From NCBI GenBank assembly GCA_965205325.1, contig OZ242166.1:2018107-2082106 (forward strand): a stretch of DNA of 64,000 bases. The letters run 5' to 3'. Made by a program: the position numbers and the translations under genes. The stretch is from Dehalococcoidia bacterium. GTDB lineage: Bacteria > Chloroflexota > Dehalococcoidia > Lucifugimonadales > Lucifugimonadaceae. Shown piece after piece: positions 9,825-17,427 of the stretch. The notes under the pieces were generated by a model, which worked only from the letters and a program-made list of their open reading frames with translations, was not told the DNA's origin and ran no database searches. Numbering within the stretch: position 1 is the first letter of the stretch; every line of letters begins with the position of its first letter.

Positions 9825-9958
9825 CTGTTCACTTCCGTTCTCTCAACTGTTCCCGTGCAGTGAAAACTCTGCATTATCTTATACGCATCGGGAAGCACCA
9901 AAGTTTCGCTGTCGTCCTTAGTAAGAGCGGCGAGCGGACTTTAGAAAGGCAAAGTAAG

Positions 9959-10726
9959 ATGAGGCGATTTGAGGGCAAGACGGTGATCGTGACAGGCGGT
10001 GGTACGGGTATCGGTGAGGCGATATGTCATCGGTTCGCGGATGAGGGGGCGAATGTGGTGATCGCGGAGTTGGAGGTGGAGAACGGTGAGGGGACTGCCG
10101 CGGATATCAATGGAAGTGGTGGCGTTGCGATGTTTTGTCAGACGGATACCTCGAATTCGGACTCTGTGAGATCGATGATTGCTTGTGCGGTGGACAGGTT
10201 TGGGACGGTGGATATCTTGGTGAACAATGCCGCGGCGTTTGTCTTTGGGAAGGTTGAGGAGGTTACGGATGCGGACTGGGCGAGGGTGTTTGGCGTGAAT
10301 GTGATTGGCTATGCGAACTGCGTGAGAGAGGTTTTGCCGACATTCCGGAAGGCTGGTGGTGGGGCGGTGGTAAATATCGCCTCGGTCAGCTCGTTTATTG
10401 CTCAGCCGGAGTTCGTGCCGTACAACTCGTCGAAAGGTGCGGTTGCTCAGTTAACGCGATGTCTGGCGATGGACTTGGCGCCCGACAACATCCGCGTTAA
10501 CGCCGTTTGTCCCGGTTCGATCAAGACGCGGGCCACGGATATGCACATTGACTCGCTCGGTTTGGATCGCGAGGAGTCGTACGTCGAGTTTGGTCAGGCG
10601 GCGCTGATGTCTCGGATGGGAGAGCCGCGAGAGATTGCGTCGGTGGTGGCATTTTTGGCTTCAGAGGATGCTTCGTATATGACTGGGGCGCACGTGATCG
10701 TAGATGGGGGGATGAGTATTGGGTAG
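9959..10726 (+). CDS. Short-chain dehydrogenase/reductase (SDR)
   Basis: ORF 9860..10726. Internal ATG 9959 gives MRRFEGKTVIVTGGGTGIGEA (Rossmann), NNAA and YNSSKGAV (YxxxK). Confidence 0.9.
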   Translation: MRRFEGKTVIVTGGGTGIGEAICHRFADEGANVVIAELEVENGEGTAADINGSGGVAMFCQTDTSNSDSVRSMIACAVDRFGTVDILVNNAAAFVFGKVEEVTDADWARVFGVNVIGYANCVREVLPTFRKAGGGAVVNIASVSSFIAQPEFVPYNSSKGAVAQLTRCLAMDLAPDNIRVNAVCPGSIKTRATDMHIDSLGLDREESYVEFGQAALMSRMGEPREIASVVAFLASEDASYMTGAHVIVDGGMSIG

Positions 10727-10741
10727 GTTGCGGCGCGATGC

Positions 10742-11971
10742 ATGGGTTCGGGCGACCGATTGCGCGATAATTCGCGGTTAGAGATGGCTACGAACGGGGA
10801 AGATCAGGTTAAACCGCCGCTTTTCCAGCGGATCAAAGCCCAAAACGTACTTTCGTTTGGGCCGGATGGGATTGATTTGGAGCTGGGGCCGTTGAATGTG
10901 CTGATTGGGCCGAATGGGTCAGGGAAGTCGAATTTGCTCGAATTATTCGGTTTGCTCCAAGCGGCGCCTAGGGAGGTCTCCTCACCGATCCAAAACGGAG
11001 GTGGTATCCATCATTGGATTTGGAAGGGCGATCCGAAACGGTCTAGCCAAATTGAAGCAGAGGTATCCACGCCGTATCGTAGACAGTATTTGGAACACAA
11101 ACTCGAGTTAGGAAGTATAGACCAGTCATTCCGGTTAATTTCCGAGTGGATATATAGACACTCCGATGGTGGAGTCGAAGTGATATTGCAGCCCACCGCA
11201 GAGGGACTGGTGGCGATCAAAGCATCGGGTATCGACGGGCAACCATCGCAATTCTTCAATATTTCGCGGTCCGATTCCGCACTTTCTCAGTTGAAAGGCC
11301 CCGGCATCTTCATCGAGTTCGAATACCTCAACGAGGCGTACACGGACTTGCGACTCTATCGAGACTGGAATTTCGGCACAGACGCCGTTTTTCGTCAACC
11401 CCAACGAACCGATGTGCCCCGCTTCCCGTTGAATGAAGATTTTTCGAATTTGGGGATGTTTCTCAATCGATTACAACAATCGGCTAAAGCGGAGAAGACG
11501 CTGATCGATAAGCTTCGAGACCTATACGAAGGATTGACGCATTTCACCTTGAATTTCGATGGTGGTACCGTACAGGTATATTTCCACGAAGGTGGTCGGA
11601 CTATCCCGGGAATACGCTTGTCAGACGGCAGCCTCAGATATCTGTGTCTGCTCGCGATACTCTTGGACCCGGAACCACCTAGATTCATCGCCATTGAAGA
11701 ACCAGAGTTGGGTATACATCCTGACCTGATGCCACAGATCGTTGATCTATTGGTTGACGCTTCGAGGCGAACTCAGCTTGTTGTGACAACGCACAACGAC
11801 ACGATTGTTGATGCGTTGAATGATCGGCCGGAGTCGGTCGTTGTCTGTGAGAAACATGATGGTCAGACTGAGTTCAAGCGGCTTGATCGGGGCGAGTTAT
11901 CGCACTGGTTGGAAAAATATCGGTTGGGCGAGTTGTGGACAAAGGGAGCGATTGGCGGGACTCGCTGGTGA
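10742..11971 (+). CDS. ABC/SMC-like AAA ATPase (AAA_15/AAA_21-type), no transmembrane partner
   Basis: 409-aa ORF. Walker A LIGPNGSGKSNLLE, signature-like LSDGSLRYLCLL, Walker B FIAIEEPELGIHPD, H-loop VVTTHN. Alternative start ATG 10784. The stop overlaps the start of the next gene. Confidence 0.85.
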   Translation: MGSGDRLRDNSRLEMATNGEDQVKPPLFQRIKAQNVLSFGPDGIDLELGPLNVLIGPNGSGKSNLLELFGLLQAAPREVSSPIQNGGGIHHWIWKGDPKRSSQIEAEVSTPYRRQYLEHKLELGSIDQSFRLISEWIYRHSDGGVEVILQPTAEGLVAIKASGIDGQPSQFFNISRSDSALSQLKGPGIFIEFEYLNEAYTDLRLYRDWNFGTDAVFRQPQRTDVPRFPLNEDFSNLGMFLNRLQQSAKAEKTLIDKLRDLYEGLTHFTLNFDGGTVQVYFHEGGRTIPGIRLSDGSLRYLCLLAILLDPEPPRFIAIEEPELGIHPDLMPQIVDLLVDASRRTQLVVTTHNDTIVDALNDRPESVVVCEKHDGQTEFKRLDRGELSHWLEKYRLGELWTKGAIGGTRW

Positions 11972-12561
11972 GTTCCTTCATTTACGTTGAGGGTGGGGGT
12001 TCGAAGTCAGTCGATATCGAATTGCGCGCAGGGTTCAAACGGTTATGGGAGCGTTGTGGATTTCAAGGCCGCCTGCCTAGAATGTTTCCGAGCGGTAGTA
12101 GACGTTCGGCATTCGAGGATTTCGAAAGCCACGTTGCCACAGCTGGTAGCGGGGATTTCGTGGCATTACTCGTTGATAGCGAGGACCCAGTCGACGACAT
12201 TGAGCGAACGTGGGGTCACCTTAGGCAACGAGACCAGTGGGCAAAACCTGCCAGTGCAAGCGATGATCAGGTGATGTTGATGACCACTTGCATGGAGACT
12301 TGGATCGTTGCTGATCGGGATGCGCTACGCGGACGGTACGCCCGCCGAAGCCTAAACGAAAACACATTGCCGCCGCTCGTAAATCTGGAAGCACGTAGCC
12401 GTCAGGATATCCAAAGACGATTGGAACGCGCAACGGATCGGCAATACCAGAAAGGCGAAGAATCGTTCAAAATACTTGGGCAACTCAACCCCGACAAATT
12501 AGCTGAGTTACTGCCGAGTTTTGAACGGGCGATACGTATATTGAACCAGCGATTAGGTTGA
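11968..12561 (+). CDS. DUF4276-like / Toprim-like small protein coupled to the ATPase
   Basis: ORF 11935..12561. A GTG at 11968 overlaps the ATPase TGA (GTGA). The N-terminus FIYVEGGGSKS...LRAGFKRLWERCGFQGRLPRMFPSGSRRSAFEDF matches my recollection of DUF4276 proteins. The conserved-looking Glu (YVEG) plus acidic LLVDSEDP resemble a Toprim E...DxD pattern. Family assignment not computed. Confidence 0.7.
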   Translation: MSSFIYVEGGGSKSVDIELRAGFKRLWERCGFQGRLPRMFPSGSRRSAFEDFESHVATAGSGDFVALLVDSEDPVDDIERTWGHLRQRDQWAKPASASDDQVMLMTTCMETWIVADRDALRGRYARRSLNENTLPPLVNLEARSRQDIQRRLERATDRQYQKGEESFKILGQLNPDKLAELLPSFERAIRILNQRLG

Positions 12562-12804
12562 TACGGAATAGTTGGCAGTGGCAATGATCGTAACGTTCGG
12601 TTGGTTCGGTTCGCACAAGCCACAAGGCCCCACATCCCAACTTGGCCGATCGTATCGCGCGGCGTAAGCAAAGGCGGAGTCCGCTTCGGGAAAAGATTTC
12701 CAGTGGCCGTTTTTCTTGTCCTTAACCCTTTCAGGGATGCTGTCGCAAGTTGACTTGTGTACCCGTGCTCGCCTGGTTGGTTTATCTACGTTTACGTGGT
12801 ACAA
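12553..12804 (-). CDS. Small Cys-containing hypothetical protein (83 aa)
   Basis: ORF only. Convergent with the DUF4276-like gene, with a 9-nt 3' overlap. RVHKSTCDS...CGLC arrangement. No family recognised. Confidence 0.4.
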   Translation of the reverse strand: MYHVNVDKPTRRARVHKSTCDSIPERVKDKKNGHWKSFPEADSAFAYAARYDRPSWDVGPCGLCEPNQPNVTIIATANYSVST

Positions 12805-12824
12805 GGCTTTATTCTCCTCGTTGG

Positions 12825-14003
12825 CTAGTTATTCGTAAACGCCCCATCCGGCCTCCTCAAATGGGGGGACCAGCCGCGTGGGTCGGAGAGGCGTTGTTCG
12901 GCTACTTCTAGGTCCATGTCCACGCCCATACCGGGGGTGTCGGGGCACCATGCGTAGCCGTCTTCCCACTCGATCTGCTGGGGGAAGAGGTCGGTGGCGA
13001 AGGTGCCGGGTTGGCGGGGCATCTCTTGGACTCCGACGTTGGTGGATGCCATGCAGACGGAGACGCAGGCGGCGGTTGATACGGGTCCCAGAGGGTTGTG
13101 GGGGACGATGTCGATGTAGTGTGCTTCGGCCCAGTGGGTGATTTTTAGGGTCTCGGTGATCCCGCCCACGATGCATAGGTCGATGCGGCAGTAGTCGATG
13201 CTCTCGTCTTCGATGACTTCGCGGAAGGGCCACTTCGACCACCAGTGCTCGCCGGCGGCGAGGGGGACGTTGGTCTGGCGTCTGATGTTTTTGTATGAGG
13301 CCGGGTTTTCGGAGCGGACTGCATCTTCGACGAAGAAGGGTTTGAACTCTTCGAGTTGACGGCAGAGTTGGATCGAGTATGTGGGGTCGAGACGGGTGTG
13401 GACATCAGTGCAGATCTGGATGTCGGGGCCGACGGCTTCGCGGATGGCGCCGAACTGCTCTACTGCCATACTTATCGACTTCATCGGATCGAGTTCGGCG
13501 GTGGCGGGTCTGCGTCCGCCGTATACGCCGACTAAGGGAGTGGTGGTGGGTTGGCCGGTGCGGGCGAATTTCCATCCCGCGTCGACGTGGCGAAGGGCGT
13601 CTTCTACGATTTCTTCGGTGGTCTCGCCGCCGATGTGGGGGTAGCAGACGACTTTTTCGCGGGTTGGGCCGCCAAGGAGTTTGTACAAGGGAAGGCCCAC
13701 GGATTTTGCCTTGATGTCCCAGAGGGCGATGTCGATCCCGCTGATTGCGCAGGCGTAGACGCGTTCGGCAGGGAAGAAGAGGCCGCGGAACATCTGCTGC
13801 CAGAGGCGTTCGGTTTCCCACGGGTCGGAGCCGATAACGATCTCGGAGAGATGGTCGATTGCTAGCGCGATGGAGCGTCCGAGACGGGATACTCCGACTT
13901 CGCCTAGGCCGTAGATACCGGCGTCGGTATCGACGCGGACTATGAAGTAGAGGCGACCGGAGTCGTCTCGGACGGGGAATGATCGGATTTGGGTTACTTT
14001 CAT
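12825..14003 (-). CDS. Enolase-superfamily dehydratase (D-galactonate/D-mannonate dehydratase-like, mandelate racemase family)
   Basis: ORF 12825..14069. ATG 14003 gives MKVTQIRSFPVRDDSGRLYFIVRVDTDAGIYGLGEVG, the typical N-terminal capping domain. Also ISGIDIALWDIKAKSVGLPLYKLLGG and barrel acid residues (DVHTRL, FVEDAV, AAGEHW). Confidence 0.9.
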   Translation of the reverse strand: MKVTQIRSFPVRDDSGRLYFIVRVDTDAGIYGLGEVGVSRLGRSIALAIDHLSEIVIGSDPWETERLWQQMFRGLFFPAERVYACAISGIDIALWDIKAKSVGLPLYKLLGGPTREKVVCYPHIGGETTEEIVEDALRHVDAGWKFARTGQPTTTPLVGVYGGRRPATAELDPMKSISMAVEQFGAIREAVGPDIQICTDVHTRLDPTYSIQLCRQLEEFKPFFVEDAVRSENPASYKNIRRQTNVPLAAGEHWWSKWPFREVIEDESIDYCRIDLCIVGGITETLKITHWAEAHYIDIVPHNPLGPVSTAACVSVCMASTNVGVQEMPRQPGTFATDLFPQQIEWEDGYAWCPDTPGMGVDMDLEVAEQRLSDPRGWSPHLRRPDGAFTNN

Positions 14004-14092
14004 GTTGTTGTTCTTTTTTGTTGTTGTTCTTTTTTGGTTAGGTGCGAGTGATACGTTGATGGCGTGCACGGGCGGGTCACAGACCCGCGGGT

Positions 14093-14130
14093 CCTCACCT
14101 TAACCCTCTCTCGCCGAGCGGGAGAGGGGA
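14093..14130 (+). repeat. Family C hairpin repeat (cctcacc..CCCTCTCTCGCcgaGCGGGAGAGGGG)
   Basis: Lies in the 136-nt spacer between the tandem enolase paralogs. About 11-bp stem. Related copies at 15523, 17793, 57638 and 58816. Confidence 0.75.
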
Positions 14131-14139
14131 CTATGTTGT

Positions 14140-15303
14140 TTACCAGTTTGTGAATGCTCCGTCGTTGCGACGGAGTTGGGGTGTCCAGCCGTGGGGGTCG
14201 CCGGCTCGGGCTTCGGCGACGTCCATGTCCATTTCGATGCCGAGGCCAGGGGCGTCGTTGCAGAAGGCGTATCCGTCTTCCCAGCTGATTTGGACGGGGA
14301 AGAGGTCGGTGTTGTCGGTGCCGGGTTGGCGAGGCATTTCTTGGACGCCGACGTTTGTTGAGGCCATGCACAAGGAGACGCAGGCGGCGGCGGAGACGGG
14401 GCCGAGGGGGTTGTGAGGAACGATGTCGATGTAGTGGGTTTCGGCCCAGTGGGTGATCTTGGCGGCTTCGGTGATGCCGCCGACGATGCAGAGGTCAATG
14501 CGGGCGTAGTCGATGAGTTCCTCTTCGATGACCTGTCGGAAGGACCATTTGGAGACCCATTGTTCGCCCGCGGCGATGGGGACGGAGACTTGGTTGCGGA
14601 GGTTACGGTAGGAGCCGGGGTTTTCGGAGCGGATCAGGTCTTCGATGAAGTAGGGTTTGAACTCTTCGAGGTCCTTGCACATCTGGACGGTGTGCGCGGT
14701 GTCGAGTCGGGTGTGGGCGTCAAGGCAGAGCTGGATGTCGGGTCCGACGGCTTCGCGGACGCGGGCCATCTGGTCGACGGCGAGGCGCATGGATTCGACG
14801 GGTTCGAGGCGTGAGGTGCCGGATTGTTCAAATGCACCGGAGGTTTCGGGCTGTCCCCATCGGACGAATTTCCAGCCTTCTTCGACGCGGTCGAGGCAGT
14901 TCTGGACAAGGTCTTCGGTAGTTGCGCCTTGAGTGTGGGGGTAGCAGACGACTTTTTCTCGTACGGGTCCGCCGAGGAGTTTGTAAACGGGCATTTCGGC
15001 GGCTTTGCCTTTAATGTCCCATAAGGCGATGTCGATGGCGGAGATTGCGCATCCGTAGACGCGGTCTGCGGGGAAGAAGTTGCCTCGGAACATTAGCTGC
15101 CAGAGGCGCTCGGTCTCCCATGGGTCGGATCCAACGACGACTTCTGCGAGGTGGTCGACGGCTTCCATGATTGCGCGTCCCATGCTTGCGGTGCCGACTT
15201 CGCCGAGGCCGTGGATTCCGGCGTCGGTCTCGATGCGGACGAAGAGGGATACGCCTCCGCTGTCGGTTCTGACAGGGACGTTTTGGACTTTGGTGACCTT
15301 CAT
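14140..15303 (-). CDS. Enolase-superfamily dehydratase (tandem paralog)
   Basis: ORF 14140..15636. ATG 15303 gives MKVTKVQNVPVRTDSGGVSLFVRIETDAGIHGLGEVG, collinear with 12825..14003 along its length. The long N-terminal extension in the ORF track runs through repeat DNA. Confidence 0.9.
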   Translation of the reverse strand: MKVTKVQNVPVRTDSGGVSLFVRIETDAGIHGLGEVGTASMGRAIMEAVDHLAEVVVGSDPWETERLWQLMFRGNFFPADRVYGCAISAIDIALWDIKGKAAEMPVYKLLGGPVREKVVCYPHTQGATTEDLVQNCLDRVEEGWKFVRWGQPETSGAFEQSGTSRLEPVESMRLAVDQMARVREAVGPDIQLCLDAHTRLDTAHTVQMCKDLEEFKPYFIEDLIRSENPGSYRNLRNQVSVPIAAGEQWVSKWSFRQVIEEELIDYARIDLCIVGGITEAAKITHWAETHYIDIVPHNPLGPVSAAACVSLCMASTNVGVQEMPRQPGTDNTDLFPVQISWEDGYAFCNDAPGLGIEMDMDVAEARAGDPHGWTPQLRRNDGAFTNW

Positions 15304-15368
15304 GAGGGGCTCCGTGGGGAAGTGTGATGTTAATGATGGGGAATGATTGTAATGATTTTGAGAACTAG

Positions 15369-15597
15369 GATGTGAAGGATTTTTAAGGATTTGAAGGATG
15401 GTGTTGTGGTTGTTTCGGGTGGGCTGGGTTTTTTGGGGTTTTGGTGGGATTCTTGGGATTCTAGTCGTGGATGTTTGGGGATTCGCGGTGGGTGCGGTGT
15501 CGGGATGGGGGAGTCCTTCTGGCCCCGCTCCTCCCCGGGCCCTCTCCCGCCTAGCGAGAGAGGGGGTTTGTTGGTGGTTGATGGAGGTTTTGGTTGG
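15369..15597 (+). repeat. Mosaic repeat block upstream of the enolase paralog (GT-rich modules + family C hairpin + gatggaggttttggttgg module)
   Basis: 15369..15400 matches 58741..58772. 15443..15461 is identical to 34076..34094 (ggtgggattcttgggattc). 15474..15535 matches 57606..57655. The C hairpin is at 15523..15566. 15580..15597 recurs at 58899 and 59030. Confidence 0.8.
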
Positions 15598-15684
15598 GGG
15601 TATGTGGGTGGAGCGGTGATTTTGGCGTGAGCCCATCGATTGTTTGCAGACGTATTCCGGTACTATGATTGGAGCTAGAGGACC

Positions 15685-16086
15685 ATGATGCGTTATCCGA
15701 TTTTGATCTACAAGGATGAAGGAAGTTCGTACGGGGTTACGGTGCCGGATTTGTCGGGATGTTTTTCTGGTGGCGAGAGTTTGGAAGAGGCTTTAGCGGC
15801 GTCGGAAGAGGCGATTTTGACTCACATCGAGGTGCTGTTGATGGATGGCGAGGCTGTTCCGAAGCAGAGGCCGCTGGAGGAGCATCAGGCGAACGAGGAT
15901 TATGCTGATGGCGTTTGGGCGCTTGTGGATGCTGATGTTTCGAAGTTGTCGGGGAAGAGTGTGCGGGTGAATATCACGTTGCCGGAGCGGGTTTTGGCGA
16001 TTGTGGATGAGGCGACTAAGCGTGAGGGGGAGACGCGTTCGGGGTATTTGGCGCGGGCGGGGTTGGGGTATGTGGGGGAGTGTTAA
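15685..16086 (+). CDS. HicB-family antitoxin-like protein with C-terminal RHH/CopG-like tail
   Basis: 133-aa ORF. YPILIYKDEGSSYGVTVPDLSGCFSGGESLEEALAASEEAILTHIE is the HicB RNase-H-like fold signature. The C-terminal VNITLPERVLAIVDEATKREGETRSGYLARA is ribbon-helix-helix-like. No HicA ORF is adjacent. Confidence 0.8.
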   Translation: MMRYPILIYKDEGSSYGVTVPDLSGCFSGGESLEEALAASEEAILTHIEVLLMDGEAVPKQRPLEEHQANEDYADGVWALVDADVSKLSGKSVRVNITLPERVLAIVDEATKREGETRSGYLARAGLGYVGEC

Positions 16087-16157
16087 CAGGTACTGAATGT
16101 CATATTTGTTGGAGGATTGATCTAAAACCGATTTGCGATGATAAAACCACGACCAAC

Positions 16158-16952
16158 ATGTTTCATGGATTGAACAACAGCTTCCTTTATGCTACCCAGC
16201 AACTAGTATGCACGTTCCGCAATCAAGCAAGCGAGGGTATCACCAGTCGTGGAACAGGATTTTGGGTCAAGAATCGTCGCGATATAGGCTGTTTAGTGAC
16301 CAACAGACACGTCCTAGACGTGAGCTATGGTAAGCCGGAATTCGAAGGATACAAGTTGAGCCAGCTAAAAATTCTTGGGAAAGGATTGAAGCCGGGTTCG
16401 GATCGACCCGATATCGACCGTCGGTTCAACATCATCGATTTGGATGTCAAGTTTTCGCAGGATGAACGTAACGATGTAGCGTGTTTGATCAATCCTCGAG
16501 TCATGGTGCTCGACGGATCTGACGATGCGACTGTCGATTATTTTATTCCGCACGAAATCTTGGCGAGTAAAACGGACCTAGATGAACTCGTCAGTGTATG
16601 CGACTTTCTGGCATACGTGGGATTTCCAGCTTGGCACGACAAGCGCCAACAACGTCCGATCTTGCGAACTGGAACCGTATCAAGCGATCCGAGATACGAT
16701 TACTCTTGGTCTAACGAATACCAAGGGGAGTGCATAGCATTCGAAGCGTTTTCGTCCGATGGTTCGTCGGGAAGTCCTGTGTTTGCACTCCAAAAGGCTT
16801 TGAAACCGGGTGAAAACATCACGATTCCCGGTTATCGTGAATTGAAGTTGATTGGCGTCAACGCGGGTTATTTAGGTTCTGAAGACATGGCACACTCTGG
16901 GATATCCTACATGTACAAATCATCCGCGATCTTGGACATTATTGATGCTTGA
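16158..16952 (+). CDS. Trypsin-like (S1/Trypsin_2-type) serine protease, cytoplasmic
   Basis: ORF 16080..16952; ATG 16158 preferred. Candidate triad in order: His in GCLVTNRHV, Asp in ERNDVACL, Ser in SSDGSSGSPVF. Visibly more AT-rich than its neighbours. No signal peptide. Confidence 0.75.
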   Translation: MFHGLNNSFLYATQQLVCTFRNQASEGITSRGTGFWVKNRRDIGCLVTNRHVLDVSYGKPEFEGYKLSQLKILGKGLKPGSDRPDIDRRFNIIDLDVKFSQDERNDVACLINPRVMVLDGSDDATVDYFIPHEILASKTDLDELVSVCDFLAYVGFPAWHDKRQQRPILRTGTVSSDPRYDYSWSNEYQGECIAFEAFSSDGSSGSPVFALQKALKPGENITIPGYRELKLIGVNAGYLGSEDMAHSGISYMYKSSAILDIIDA

Positions 16953-17391
16953 GGATCGGGCTTCGTATCGAACGCGTAGCTTCTACGACTTTGATTAATA
17001 GACGTAGTAGTTCTATTCTGAACACATTATTGAGTGGAGTGGCAAACTGTTTCAGGTGGTTGGAGTGAAAGGCGGTTCTTATCTTTGGATGTTGGGGCTT
17101 TGGTCGAAGTCTTTGTCGTAGCTGATGATTTAGGAGATGATTTTTCGTCTTTGGAGTCGCGGATGATGTCGTTCAGGTCGCGGTCGTCTGGTGCTGGTTT
17201 GACGGAGCCATAGGCGGTTTCCAAGGAGAACTAGGCTGCGGAGGTTGTGAATTCGTTGCGTTGAGTGGTTGTCGTTGTTATTTGGGGCAAGGTGATAAGA
17301 GCCTATAGTTGGCCAATGCATCCCCCGCGTGCGTTGCGCTCCGCGTCCCCTTCGTTTCGCGAAAGAGGCGTTTCCACCCCTTCCAGTACCT

Positions 17392-17422
17392 CCTCTGGAT
17401 TTCTGCCCTGGCAGGAATGACG
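17392..17422 (+). repeat. Family A hairpin repeat, covarying variant (cctctggATTTCTGCcctgGCAGGAATgacg)
   Basis: Lies 5 nt beyond the valS stop. Flanks conserved. The stem differs from the canonical copy by paired substitutions. Confidence 0.75.
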
Positions 17423-17427
17423 ATGGG

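Noticed and set aside
14004-14069. Upstream start codons giving N-terminal extensions of the enolase paralogs (14069 and 15636), ALDH (4133), SDR (9860), crotonase (53221) and protease (16080)
   Set aside because: The extensions are low-complexity or run through repeat or intergenic DNA. The internal ATGs align with the canonical family N-termini (MKVT..., MRRFEGKTVIVTGG..., MSQPILVDH...).
15637-15684. HicA toxin gene next to HicB
   Set aside because: The upstream gap is only 48 nt. The downstream ORF is a 265-aa protease, not a 60-80-aa HicA, and no small dsRBD-like ORF is seen on either strand.
17027-17224. 65-aa ORF (METAYGSVKPAPDDRDLNDIIRDSKDEK...) as an antitoxin remnant
   Set aside because: Only a vague resemblance to antitoxin C-termini. 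The second half is low-complexity S/T/K. There is no start context and no partner, so it is not reported as a feature.
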